A stretch of 64,000 nt of DNA from Rhodothermales bacterium (GTDB lineage: Bacteria > Bacteroidota > Rhodothermia > Rhodothermales > JAHQVL01): assembly GCA_045106435.1 (NCBI GenBank), contig JBGCEN010000084.1:9231-73230 (forward strand). Reading direction: 5' to 3'. Positions 8,839 to 18,527 of the stretch are shown here, piece by piece. The notes beneath the pieces were generated by a model. That model saw only the letters and a list, made by a program, of their open reading frames with translations. It did no database searches and was not told the DNA's origin. The position numbers were made by a program, and so were the translations under genes. Every line of letters starts with the position of its first letter. Within the stretch, counting starts at the first letter, position 1.

Positions 8839-9846
8839 ATGACAATCAGCGTAAACAACAAAGCCCGAATAATTGCAAGCATTACAGTTGGCGGATTCAT
8901 TGCATTGATATTTCTTGCTGTAGGATGCAAGGGCGAGTATGGAGTCATCGAAGATGAACTGGTTTCATTTAATTCGCCACCCACTTCTATGATTGCCGTT
9001 GAGATTCCCCCCAGTACAACACCCGAAATCTACTACGAAGTAGTTGTCATTGGAGAATTGCCAGAGATCGTTGTAACCCCCGATACCCTTGAAAAGGTTA
9101 CATATAAAGAAGCAGAGGCGGCATTTATGGCCCGCAATTATGTGGAAGCTGTTGAACTGTTTACCCACTACACAAAGCGTAAAAATAAAAACGCCTGGGG
9201 ATTTTATATGCTTGGACTTTCTGCAAAAAGGGCCGGCGATCTTGATACTGCCGCGGAAGCCCTGGAAAATGCCACGCAACTGGATTCTCAACATCTAAAG
9301 AGCTGGGTGAATCTCGGACGGGTGTATTTGGATGCAAGACAGCCGGCAAAGAGCATCATCGCAATTGACAAAGCATTGGCGTTAGATACCAGCGTTGCGG
9401 ATGTGTACAGGCTAGCCGGACGGGCACATGATCAATTGAACGACCTGGTCAGGGCTGAAGAGGCCTACAAAAAAGCACTGGCATCTAATGGTAATGATGC
9501 CTGGGCGATGAATAATCTCGCATTCGTTTTTCTAAGAGATGACCGCTTTGATGAAGCACTACCGCTTCTTGCTCTGGCAATTCAACTCAAAGAAGATATT
9601 GCAGTGTTTCATAACAATCTCGGTATGGCACTTGAAAATCAAAAGCAGTTTCGTGCTGCTGAAGCTGCATATGCTAAAGCAGTGGAATTGGATGCAGACC
9701 ATGCCAAAGCGTTGGTCAATAAAGAACGTTTGGCCGGCGTAGATGAGCCCAAAGGAATCATTCCAGTTGATCTTAATCAACTTGCTCAAAATCAGCAAGA
9801 GCTCATGAAAACATGGGCAACCAATATTGCCGGCAGGGATGAGTAA
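8839..9846 (+). CDS. TPR-repeat lipoprotein
   Basis: N-terminal hydrophobic segment ending in the lipobox-like LAVGC. The C-terminal two thirds consist of TPR-like repeats (AWGFYMLGLSAKRAGDLDTAAEALENATQLD..., AWAMNNLAFVFLRDDRFDEALPLL...). Confidence 0.75.
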   Translation: MTISVNNKARIIASITVGGFIALIFLAVGCKGEYGVIEDELVSFNSPPTSMIAVEIPPSTTPEIYYEVVVIGELPEIVVTPDTLEKVTYKEAEAAFMARNYVEAVELFTHYTKRKNKNAWGFYMLGLSAKRAGDLDTAAEALENATQLDSQHLKSWVNLGRVYLDARQPAKSIIAIDKALALDTSVADVYRLAGRAHDQLNDLVRAEEAYKKALASNGNDAWAMNNLAFVFLRDDRFDEALPLLALAIQLKEDIAVFHNNLGMALENQKQFRAAEAAYAKAVELDADHAKALVNKERLAGVDEPKGIIPVDLNQLAQNQQELMKTWATNIAGRDE

Positions 9847-9946
9847 ACAGGTATGCTTCAAAGGTAATAGCCGTTATCACAAAGTTAGAGATGTAGGACA
9901 AGAATTTATCATCTAACATGCTTTCAAAAAGACACGCTACAAAGAA

Positions 9947-9988
9947 GCCCAATACCAGCTGTTCTCAGGCTGGTATTGGGCTTTGTTT
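9947..9988. terminator. Bidirectional rho-independent terminator between convergent genes
   Basis: Perfect 13-bp stem gcccaataccagc / gctggtattgggc, with an A-rich tract upstream and tttgttt downstream. Confidence 0.75.
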
Positions 9989-10031
9989 AAAGTAATGGGT
10001 AAACAGTTCAAGGGCTAAAGGTGGCAGACCC

Positions 10032-11126
10032 TTACAAAATCTGCGTCGGATCTACGGATACATATTTTACGCGCTCTCTTCGCCATGTATACGTGATATG
10101 AATCATGCCGTCTTCAGCCTGTACCATTGCCGGGTAAGAGTACTCACCCTCAGAGTTTTCAAGAAGCGTGACGTCATTCCAGGTATTGCCATCATCAGAA
10201 ATAGCAAGCGCAAGTTTTTCACGTCCTTCAGTAGTAGGGTTATAGATAAGCAGGAAGCGCCCATCTTGCAGAGAGATCGCGTCGATGCCGGCGCTTGGGT
10301 TGGGCAAAGACGTTGCTTGCATCGGTGCCCAAGACTTTCCTCCATCACTGGACCAGGCTTCTGTAATCACATCCTGACGGGATCGACACAGAATTTGTAA
10401 TTGATTTGGCGAATGAACGAGAATAGTCGGCTGAATGGCACCAAACGTATCGGGGTCATTGAGATCGCTCACAATCTCCCATGAATCGGGATTGATTAAG
10501 TAGTCGAGATCCCACATACTCCCGGAAGCAGGTTTCAACAGGCGTTCCATGTGAACAACCCAGCCTGCATGCTCAGAACTGGAGCCGGCCAGCAAAGACC
10601 CGTCTTCCATCAGCACAGGCTTGGCCCGGATAGGCCCGTAAATACCATCGGGGAGACGTCCTTCTTCGGACCAGGTAAGTCCGTTGTCGCTTGACGTTCT
10701 AACGAGTCCCCACCACGATTGCGGGGTTGGCCCGGCTTTATAAAACAAAACCAACGGTCCATCTGCCGGCTGAAAAAGCACCGGATTCCAGGTAGGGTGC
10801 CGGTTGCCTTCTGGTTGAATGCCGTTGGCCACTTCAATGGGGGCCGTCCATTGCCCATTAACGTTTCTGGAAACCCAGATGCCTACATCTGGATTTTTCT
10901 CGGCAGTACCTCCAAACCAGGAAGATACCATTCCAGCCGGCGTTTCAACTATTGTGGATGCGTGCGCTGAGGGAAAAGGTGCTTCTTCATAGATCAATCC
11001 TGAAGAAGTTATGAGCGAGTTGCCCAGGGTTGCTTTGGCATCTGAAACAGTAGCTGGTTTATCTGAACAACCAACTAAGGAAATACCGAGGAAAATTGTA
11101 AGGAGTACAGATTTGAGCTTATGCAT
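10032..11126 (-). CDS. BNR/Asp-box repeat sialidase-like (GH33-like) lipoprotein
   Basis: Asp-box motifs SSDNGLTW, SSDGGKSW, SDDGNTW. The likely start is the ATG at 11126 (MHKLKSVLLTIFLGISLVGCSDK, lipoprotein signal), not the track start at 11264. Confidence 0.75.
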   Translation of the reverse strand: MHKLKSVLLTIFLGISLVGCSDKPATVSDAKATLGNSLITSSGLIYEEAPFPSAHASTIVETPAGMVSSWFGGTAEKNPDVGIWVSRNVNGQWTAPIEVANGIQPEGNRHPTWNPVLFQPADGPLVLFYKAGPTPQSWWGLVRTSSDNGLTWSEEGRLPDGIYGPIRAKPVLMEDGSLLAGSSSEHAGWVVHMERLLKPASGSMWDLDYLINPDSWEIVSDLNDPDTFGAIQPTILVHSPNQLQILCRSRQDVITEAWSSDGGKSWAPMQATSLPNPSAGIDAISLQDGRFLLIYNPTTEGREKLALAISDDGNTWNDVTLLENSEGEYSYPAMVQAEDGMIHITYTWRRERVKYVSVDPTQIL

Positions 11127-11292
11127 AGGGCTGTATGGCGGTGAATGGGAAATCATATCATGCATTATAAAAATCAATAACCATAAATTCGCACATTCCT
11201 GCAAAAGTTTTTGAAAACCTCTGTAATATGCCCATGCATGTGTTTCTAATAGTATATTGCGCAATCTATTCTTGAGGCAGCAGCGATATAAA

Positions 11293-11754
11293 ATGTATTC
11301 AATTGTACTTGGCGTGCACTCGTGGAATCGTTGGGTTCTACTCTTAAGTCTTGTGTTTATCTTGATTCGAAGTATATCGGGTGAAAAAAAGGGATTGGCT
11401 TATAAGTCCATCGATCATCATTTTGCAACTATTCTGTTCTGGGCGCTGAACTTACAGTTTGTTCTGGGTTTTGTCCTGTACATTTTCTTCAGCCCCTATA
11501 CATATGCCCTTTTTAGTAATTTTTCAGAGGTGATGTCCAATAGCTCGATGCGGTTTTTTGTCATAGAGCACCCATTTGCTATGTTTCTCGCAGTGGGCGC
11601 CGGCCATGCAGGATTAAGAAGGGCAAAACAACAGACGGAAGATGTAAAGAAACACCGCTATATGATTCAAGCCGCTGCCGGCTGTTTGTTCTTTATTCTT
11701 ATCGGTATCCCCTGGCCGTTTTTGCCTTATGGCCGTGCATTGTTCTTTTTGTAA
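11293..11754 (+). CDS. Hypothetical integral membrane protein (4 predicted TM helices)
   Basis: Hydrophobic ORF. The start at ATG 11293 (MYSIVLGVHSWNRWVLLLSLVFILIRS) is preferred over 11257, which overlaps the neighbouring gene's upstream region. Confidence 0.5.
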   Translation: MYSIVLGVHSWNRWVLLLSLVFILIRSISGEKKGLAYKSIDHHFATILFWALNLQFVLGFVLYIFFSPYTYALFSNFSEVMSNSSMRFFVIEHPFAMFLAVGAGHAGLRRAKQQTEDVKKHRYMIQAAAGCLFFILIGIPWPFLPYGRALFFL

Positions 11755-11763
11755 CTTAAAAGT

Positions 11764-11804
11764 AGTGCCTCCAAAAAGAATGGTCCAGTCTTTTTGGAGG
11801 CACT
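11764..11804. terminator. Perfect 15-bp hairpin just after the 11293..11754 CDS (terminator-like, no clear U-tract)
   Basis: agtgcctccaaaaag ... ctttttggaggcact. Confidence 0.45.
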
Positions 11805-11938
11805 ACCCCGAATAGGCGTTCGTGTATCGCGTATTCAATCAGACATTCCTTGAATGTCGAGCTGACAGAGCCTTCGAAATCAGACATTCATAATTCGATT
11901 CTGCATTCGAGGCTCCGTCCAAATGGACAACGTCGAGC

Positions 11939-12532
11939 TTATGCCGCTTTGCTCATAGTTTCCGAGTCGAAGAAGTTATCCCATTTACCCATAGCATGCT
12001 GAAATTGATCTGAATAAGCGTTGTTTGCGGTAATGATTTGAGGCCCTGGATCAAATTTTCTACCCGGGCTGACGATACTGTGTCCTGTGACCATGTCATC
12101 ATTAAATCCATACTTCTTTTTCGCCGAAGCAATCAACGCTGCAAGAGCGTCGATTTGAGCGAGAGAATAAGGATTCCTTTCCATGGCTTGTTTTAAACTG
12201 CCCAGTGTATGCGCACCTTCAACCAGTAATTCTACGCCCAGGAAGGAGTTATTCAGGCCATTTAATCCGTTGAAGGTAGATTCGCCGGCGTGATTGGCGC
12301 CGAAGTCACAATCTACTTGCTGCTCTATTGAACCGTCTGGCTTAATAAAGAAGTGTGCCGAAAGGCCAATGTTCTTTAAGAATGTTGTGGCGTGAACCGG
12401 ACCGTTATCGAGGTCAATAAACTCACCCATGGCATGGATGAGAAATCCCTGTACGCGAAAAGGCTGGTTTCTGTGTTTGAGCGCCAGTGGTGTCGTAACA
12501 TTTATCTGAGGAGGCAAAGACAAGTGAGTCAT
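11939..12532 (-). CDS. N-acetylmuramoyl-L-alanine amidase (AmpD / Amidase_2 type)
   Basis: Family-typical motifs: HAMGEF..., GANHAGES, and VTGHSIVSPGRKFDPGP near the C-terminal part. Confidence 0.75.
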   Translation of the reverse strand: MTHLSLPPQINVTTPLALKHRNQPFRVQGFLIHAMGEFIDLDNGPVHATTFLKNIGLSAHFFIKPDGSIEQQVDCDFGANHAGESTFNGLNGLNNSFLGVELLVEGAHTLGSLKQAMERNPYSLAQIDALAALIASAKKKYGFNDDMVTGHSIVSPGRKFDPGPQIITANNAYSDQFQHAMGKWDNFFDSETMSKAA

Positions 12533-12761
12533 TGTTTTTCCCTGGGTTTGTTGTTATCTGGGTTACAGATATATACACAGGAATAATTGAAAACAGGATC
12601 AGGGGGGGGAGTCTGAATGGACAAACGGGCTGAAAGCTTTGCACTACGTCAAAGCAGGCGGGTGGAATAAAAGTTTTGAATATCGAACATCAAGCAAGGA
12701 ATTCCCAATTACGAAGTGTTTTGAGTTCTCTTGGAATTAGAGATTTCTTGCTGGGTGTTCA

Positions 12762-15143
12762 TTATTCATATCTTAAAGCCTCAATTGGATTCATGCGCGC
12801 TGCTTTAATGGCGCGATAGCTTACGGTTGCCAGGGCGACGAAAAGAGTCAATATCCCTGAGAAGAGAAAGACGCCTACGCCGATATCAACATGATAAGGA
12901 TACCCTTCCAGCCACGCTTGCATGACAAAATAAGTGATGGGTGTGGCTATGAGGAAGGCGAACATCACAAGGCGTGTGAACTCATAAGAAAGCAGAACAA
13001 AGATTTGCAGGACAGAACTTCCTAAAGCCTTTCGCACGCCTAGTTCTTTTGTTCGCTGTTCAGTTGTGATGGCTGCAAGTCCAAAAAGGCCAAGGCAGGC
13101 AATTAATATTGCCAGACCAGTAATGGCACTGATGACTGTGCTTACCTGCTGATCGGCACGATACAGTTCATCCATATGGTCATCTAGAAAAGTGTACTCG
13201 AAGGGTCTGTCGGTAACGATTTGTCGCCATATGTTTTCAACAGCAGCGATGCCGGCTTCGGTGCTTTCCGGATCAATACGAACGGAGGTTTCACTGTAGC
13301 CAAAATCCTGCACGCTCATTGCAAGTGGCTCAACATTGTGATGTAAAGAATTGAAGTTGAAATCGCTTGCCACGCCAATCACTGTACCGAGCGTATCATC
13401 ACCACCAAATCCGATCTGCTTGCCGAGTGGATCTGTCCATCCCATCTCAGCCACCATGGCTTCATTTACAACTCTGGCAGAACCAAAATCGGTGCCTCGG
13501 TCTTCAGAAAACCACCGACCTTCCTTGATCTGGATATCATAAAATGCAAGGTAGTTGTAATCCACAACAAGGTTGGAAATACTCAAGTCGGTAAGCTCGC
13601 CTGACTCTGATTCGACTCTTGTACCCCATTGATGCAGGTTGTTACCCAGGCGCTGATTCGATGCTGTTACGCTGAGTATGGCAGGGTCTTCTTGCAGCGT
13701 GTTTTTCAGCAGTTCGTATTTCTCATTGGCAATCCTGCTCATCGGTACAACCATTACATACTCTTTGTTAAACCCGATGTCGCGGTTTTGCATAAAATGT
13801 AGCTGCTGCGAGGCGAGTAGTGTGCCGACGATCAATGCAATGGCGATTGTAAACTGGGAAACGACCAATACATTTCTAAAGGGAGACTTGCGGCCGCTTT
13901 TACTTATCAATCCTTTGAGGACGTGCACAGGTTGGTATGCAGAGAGGAGTGCTGCAGGATATAAGCCGGCGAGTAAGCCCACAACCAGCGTTGCCCCGAT
14001 TGTGCCAAGTAACACAGGAGATTTGAGTAAGGTGATCATACTCAAATCGCGCAAGCTCAAGTCTCTCATGAAGGGCAGAGCGATCCAGGCCATTGCAATG
14101 GCAAGGATAAGTGCAATGAATGCCATGGCAACGGATTCGCCGAGAAACTGCATCGTAAGCTGAAATCGTTGTGCTCCAACAGCTTTTCGCACACCCACCT
14201 CTTTTGCCCGGGTTGCAGAGCGGGCTGTTGTAAGGTTCATGAAGTTGATGCCGGCGATGACCAATACAAAGATTGCGAGCAGGATGAAAATGTAGATGTA
14301 GCTCCGATTAAACTTTTGCCAGTTGCGATAATCGTGTGTAATGTGGGCAGAGCCTAGATGAACATCAGATAGCGATTGAAGATACAGGTCATAGTACCCA
14401 CTCCTGACTTCATCCATGTATTTGGATTTGTACGCAGGAAATTTGGCTTCTATTGATGCGATGTTCGCGCCGTTAGCCAATTGGAGGTAGGTCACCAGCC
14501 AATTCGATCCCCAATTCTGCATGTTTTCCTGTTCATCGAAATCTTTTAGGGTGAACAAGGCATCAAAGCGAAGATGTGAAGGAGCCGGCAGTGGGGCCAG
14601 TACAGCTACAACTCTGTACACCTGATCTCCCGCTGTAAATTCTTTGTCCAGCGCTTCCGTGGTGCCATAAAGAGATTGAGCGTATTCTTCTGTTAGCACC
14701 ACTGAATAGGGTTCTTCCATAGCCGTTAGCGGGTCGCCATACAACACAGGGAAGTTGAATAAAGAGAAGAAAGCAGGGTCAACACGCAGCGGCGATTCGA
14801 TTCTGCGTTGTTTTCCATCGATGGTGATAATCTGAGGTCCGCCGGCTACGCGGGTAAATTCTATAACCTCGGGGAAATCGTCCTTTAGGGTTGGCCCCAT
14901 GGGATACATCGACAAAGCAACGTGCTGTGGAGTGATACCGGGAAAAGACTGTACTTCATTGAGACGATAGATCTGCTCTGCGTTATCATGGAAAGAATCG
15001 AAACTGCGTTCATGGTGAACAAACAGCATGATCAATAAACACGCCGCCATGCTGGTAGCCAACCCGAACAGATTGAGAAATGAGTTGCCCAGGTGCTTGC
15101 GAAGAGAGCGGGCAACAATTTTTGCATAATTGGAAAGCAGCAT
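12762..15143 (-). CDS. ABC transporter permease, FtsX/MacB-like (two FtsX modules)
   Basis: 793 aa. It has an N-terminal TM helix, a large periplasmic domain and 4-TM FtsX modules. The N-terminus NYAKIVARSLRKHLGNSFLNLFGLA is typical of this Bacteroidota-type family. It is a paralog of 54714..57119. Confidence 0.85.
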   Translation of the reverse strand: MLLSNYAKIVARSLRKHLGNSFLNLFGLATSMAACLLIMLFVHHERSFDSFHDNAEQIYRLNEVQSFPGITPQHVALSMYPMGPTLKDDFPEVIEFTRVAGGPQIITIDGKQRRIESPLRVDPAFFSLFNFPVLYGDPLTAMEEPYSVVLTEEYAQSLYGTTEALDKEFTAGDQVYRVVAVLAPLPAPSHLRFDALFTLKDFDEQENMQNWGSNWLVTYLQLANGANIASIEAKFPAYKSKYMDEVRSGYYDLYLQSLSDVHLGSAHITHDYRNWQKFNRSYIYIFILLAIFVLVIAGINFMNLTTARSATRAKEVGVRKAVGAQRFQLTMQFLGESVAMAFIALILAIAMAWIALPFMRDLSLRDLSMITLLKSPVLLGTIGATLVVGLLAGLYPAALLSAYQPVHVLKGLISKSGRKSPFRNVLVVSQFTIAIALIVGTLLASQQLHFMQNRDIGFNKEYVMVVPMSRIANEKYELLKNTLQEDPAILSVTASNQRLGNNLHQWGTRVESESGELTDLSISNLVVDYNYLAFYDIQIKEGRWFSEDRGTDFGSARVVNEAMVAEMGWTDPLGKQIGFGGDDTLGTVIGVASDFNFNSLHHNVEPLAMSVQDFGYSETSVRIDPESTEAGIAAVENIWRQIVTDRPFEYTFLDDHMDELYRADQQVSTVISAITGLAILIACLGLFGLAAITTEQRTKELGVRKALGSSVLQIFVLLSYEFTRLVMFAFLIATPITYFVMQAWLEGYPYHVDIGVGVFLFSGILTLFVALATVSYRAIKAARMNPIEALRYE

Positions 15144-15227
15144 AACCTTGGTCTCAGATGCGGATGAAAAGAATCTGATGTAAGGTAGTGCAAAAAAAGG
15201 AGTAGTGCTAAAAATTTAGCATGCCTG

Positions 15228-15391
15228 CTCCCGTAAGGACGCGATCCATCGTGTCCCCTCCCCAAAAGAATAGAAAGCTCAAATAGCTCCGGGCAAGAAG
15301 TGCATCTATAATATCTATATCAGGAGCTTTAATAAATTGGACGCGATGTTGTTGGGGCTTTGGACGCGATGGATCGCGTCCGTACGGGGGG
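15228..15391. repeat. REPIN-like pair of inverted REP sequences upstream of the RAYT gene
   Basis: 15228-15263 (ctcccgtaaggacgcgatccatcgtgtcccctcccc) is the near reverse complement of 15362-15391 (ggacgcgatggatcgcgtccgtacgggggg). The latter contains the perfect hairpin ggacgcgat-gg-atcgcgtcc. There is an extra partial copy, ggacgcgatg, at 15339. Confidence 0.7.
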
Positions 15392-15467
15392 CTTGTCTTT
15401 GTGGAGGGTATGTGGATAGGGGGGAGGGTGTCTATTGGAGGGAATTCAATAATTGAGGTGCTTTAGG

Positions 15468-16001
15468 ATGGCTTATGATCCCAGATATCATAAACGGCGT
15501 AGCATTCGTTTGCGGGGATATGATTATCGCCAGAAAGGAAGTTATTTCATTACGATAGGTACTTACAAGGGCATCTGCTACTTCGGTAAGGTTAAAGAGG
15601 GCCTCATGCATCCCTCGAGGATTGGAGAACTGGCTGAAGCACGATGGCTTGCCATTCCTGCGCACCATCCTCATATCTTACTAGATGCCTTTGTTGTTAT
15701 GCCCAATCATCTCCACGGTATTCTTCATATCATCGCACCTCCATCTTCATCGGCGTCTTCTGGCCGGCTCACTTATGCCCGGGTATTTGGGCCACCGGAT
15801 GCAGGATCTATTTCAACAGTGATGCGGAGCTATAAGGCATCGGTAACGCGTGAATGTCGAAAGCAGGGCCTTCTATTTAGATGGCATACGCGTTTTTATG
15901 ATCGAATTATCCGAAATGAAAATGCACTGAAGAACGTTCGAAACTATATACATCAGAACCCGATCAAGTGGCATTTTAAATACAACACCCCTAAAGATTA
16001 A
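15468..16001 (+). CDS. REP-associated tyrosine transposase (RAYT; IS200-like Y1 transposase family)
   Basis: MAYDPRYHKRRSIRLRGYDYRQKGSYFITIGT... A HUH motif in VMPNHLHGILHI and a C-terminal YIHQNPIKW motif containing the putative catalytic Tyr. REP hairpins lie directly upstream. Confidence 0.8.
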   Translation: MAYDPRYHKRRSIRLRGYDYRQKGSYFITIGTYKGICYFGKVKEGLMHPSRIGELAEARWLAIPAHHPHILLDAFVVMPNHLHGILHIIAPPSSSASSGRLTYARVFGPPDAGSISTVMRSYKASVTRECRKQGLLFRWHTRFYDRIIRNENALKNVRNYIHQNPIKWHFKYNTPKD

Positions 16002-16211
16002 CGGGGCTTATAGCAAGAGTTGTTGTGCCTGATACTGTGCTATTCTTCGACAGCAAGCCGGCGAGCAAAACATACTGAGAGCAAAAGTTCTAGGCCTGTG
16101 AAATAACCAACACACCCGGCTTGAAAAATCCGCTGTCTGATGTGAATCTAAACACCGCCTGAAATAAATAACTCTTAAGCCCAATCAAGTGCTTAAGGGT
16201 TTCATTTCATG

Positions 16212-16295
16212 TGCCCGGGACTGGAATCGAACCAGCACGACCTTGCGGTCACCACCCCCTCAAGATGGCGCGTCTACCAATTCCGCCACCCGGGC
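16212..16295 (-). tRNA. tRNA-Leu (anticodon GAG), class II with long variable arm
   Basis: The reverse complement reads gcccgggtggcggaattggtagacgcgccatcTTGAGGGggtggtgaccgcaaggtcgtgctggttcgattccagtcccgggca. Acceptor stem gcccggg/cccgggc. Anticodon loop ttGAGgg. Confidence 0.85.
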
Positions 16296-16375
16296 AAAGG
16301 AGATCCGAATGTCGAATGCCGAGTTCCGAATGAAAAAATTCGATACCCGGCACTCGAAACTCGTCAATCGATTTG

Positions 16376-16448
16376 TGATCCAGCCAGGGTTCGAACCTGG
16401 GACCCTCTGATTAAAAGTCAGATGCTCTACCAGCTGAGCTACTGGATC
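16376..16448 (-). tRNA. tRNA-Lys (anticodon UUU)
   Basis: The reverse complement reads gatccagtagctcagctggtagagcatctgaCTTTTAAtcagagggtcccaggttcgaaccctggctggatca. Acceptor stem gatccag/ctggatc. Anticodon loop cTTTTaa. Confidence 0.85.
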
Positions 16449-16568
16449 GGTCTTGAGGATGGGTGCAACGCCCTAATTAGGGTTTGGTTCTACTGTATTA
16501 CAGGAATTTCATAAACGATTTTCGAGTGTCGAATGACGAGAGTCGAATGATGAATCGATCGTCACTCA

Positions 16569-16988
16569 TTACTCCACATTCGGCACTCGAAGCTCTTCAC
16601 TCCAAAGCTCCTTCATGGGCCGGCGCATAACCAGCTCTCCTTGCATTAATTCTGGTGCAAAATTGATGAAACCGTTGACGAGATAAACCTCTGCCGGCGT
16701 GCAATTATAGATCATCTTAATCTCACGATCCCCTTTTCTGAAATCCGCAGTTTGGATCAGTGCAACGAGTTTATTTGTGGCTGAGCCGCAGAAGATGTCT
16801 ACTTCTTCACCATCCGAGCTCAATGTATTATTTATATAGCCGTAATTAATCGGATATATAATATCAGAATAGTCAGGATGTGAGGAAGCGAGAGGGCGGT
16901 CTATGGTAATGCCGTTCTCTTCGATGAGTGCTTCCCAGGCTGCCCAATTGATATGAGTAGGGATGATGTTTTGCAGCTGACGTTTCAC
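16569..16988 (-). CDS. Small inorganic-pyrophosphatase-like protein
   Basis: The segment HPDYSDIIYPINYGYINNTLSSDGEEVDIFCGS resembles the family I PPase core (YP.NYGfIP.T...DGDplDvlv). The protein is only 139 aa, so its function is uncertain. Confidence 0.5.
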   Translation of the reverse strand: MKRQLQNIIPTHINWAAWEALIEENGITIDRPLASSHPDYSDIIYPINYGYINNTLSSDGEEVDIFCGSATNKLVALIQTADFRKGDREIKMIYNCTPAEVYLVNGFINFAPELMQGELVMRRPMKELWSEELRVPNVE

Positions 16989-17312
16989 AATGTTCTTTGG
17001 TTGTTACGAATAGCTCATATAAAAAACGCTGGTCTCCATGCGTTAAAACCTATGGCACAGGCGAGCAAAAACACCTGCGCCAGTGAGCGAAAACACCATG
17101 GTGTCAGCTAATAATGTTTGTAGTTTCATCATTCAGGCTTGAGACATTGTGTTCAACACGCAATCTAATCTTATTGTATCTACAGGATTAACCAACAGTT
17201 TTGGATCCATTAAGATGATTTCGACCAGTGATTAAACAGAATATTGAACATACGTTCTTAAACCCATAATTCCTCACCGATCTCAATACGCAACTTCATT
17301 CACAAGCGCTCG

Positions 17313-18437
17313 ATGTTTCATCGAAATCGATACACAACCATGTCAAGATTTCTTTCTTTAAGTTTGTTGCTGCTGTTCTTGTGTCACAGTGCCTATGCTC
17401 AACCAGGCCCGAATGACGATCCTCAGCTTAGCGTCCCTATCTCCATCACAGATGGAACTGATGTAATAACCGTCTTTTTTGGACTGGATGTCCGGGCTAC
17501 AGCTGGAGTTGATGATGTGCCTGGATTGCAGGAAAACACACCAGATGTTCCTCTTCCACCTACAATGGATGCAAATCTGTTCATTTCAGAAGGGGGAGCC
17601 AGAAAAAAAAGAGACTATCGATTTGGAAACGGAAACGATCAGTCTGAAACCCATATTCTTGTTATAACAGAAGCTCCGGCAACTGAGGCTTCTGATATGA
17701 TGACCATTAGCTGGGCATTACCTAACCATGTTTCAGGCATCCTGAGACAGAATGGAGATGGCCCAACGATCGCAACCATGTCTGGTTCAGGATCTGCAAC
17801 TGTACAAACGGATATTTTTAACGGAAGTGTTACGGTTCAGATGGATATTTCTTATACAAATATTCCCGACGGTACGCTGCCAGTAGAGCTGACATCATTT
17901 ACTTCACTTGTACAGGATACTCGTGCAGTACTTCGCTGGGAAACTGCCAGTGAGACAAACAACGCCGGCTTTGAAGTACAGCAGCGCGTAAACGGAGACT
18001 ACAGCACAATTGGTTTTGTGAACGGCCGCGGTACAACAACTGAAACGCAGCGTTACACATTCCGCACCAGAGAACTTGCTTCTGGCTCTCACGACTTCCG
18101 TCTGAAGCAGATCGATTTTGATGGCACCTTCGCTTACAGTCACACTGTTTCTGCTTCAATTGCACTTGCAGGCGCCGTAGAGATGGCCAAGCCGTATCCA
18201 GATCCTTTCAACCCACAGACTCAGTTTACCATGACTATTGCCCGCGAACAGCAGGTAACAGTCGCTGTATACGACATGATGGGCCGGCACATTCAGACTT
18301 TGCATCAGGGTGCTCTTTCCCCAAGCGAAGCGCACTTGTTTACATTTGAAGCAAGCAACCTGCCAAGTGGTCGCTACTTCATTCGCGCTGTTGGCGAGTT
18401 CTTTAACAAGTCGCAGTCGGTTACTTTACTGAAGTAA
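17313..18437 (+). CDS. Secreted T9SS cargo protein of unknown function
   Basis: Signal peptide (LSLLLLFLCHSAYAQ). The C-terminal module LPVELTSF...WETASETNNAGFEVQ...FRLKQIDFDGTFAYS is followed by the T9SS CTD PYPDPFNPQTQFTMTI...VAVYDMMGRHI...GRYFIRAV. Confidence 0.75.
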   Translation: MFHRNRYTTMSRFLSLSLLLLFLCHSAYAQPGPNDDPQLSVPISITDGTDVITVFFGLDVRATAGVDDVPGLQENTPDVPLPPTMDANLFISEGGARKKRDYRFGNGNDQSETHILVITEAPATEASDMMTISWALPNHVSGILRQNGDGPTIATMSGSGSATVQTDIFNGSVTVQMDISYTNIPDGTLPVELTSFTSLVQDTRAVLRWETASETNNAGFEVQQRVNGDYSTIGFVNGRGTTTETQRYTFRTRELASGSHDFRLKQIDFDGTFAYSHTVSASIALAGAVEMAKPYPDPFNPQTQFTMTIAREQQVTVAVYDMMGRHIQTLHQGALSPSEAHLFTFEASNLPSGRYFIRAVGEFFNKSQSVTLLK

Positions 18438-18483
18438 ATTTATCGGACTTAGGGATTTCCTGAATTCCCTGATCAGTAAGCAA

Positions 18484-18515
18484 GCCCGGTCTCATACGAG
18501 ACCGGGCTTTTTTTG
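18484..18515 (+). terminator. Rho-independent terminator
   Basis: gcccggtctc-atac-gagaccgggc followed by a T run (ttttttt). Confidence 0.85.
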
Positions 18516-18527
18516 TAGATGGGGGGG

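Noticed and set aside
15032-15265. ORF 15032..15265 (minus) upstream of the permease start
   Set aside because: It overlaps the 5' end of the FtsX permease CDS in another frame and runs into the REP sequence, so it is likely spurious.
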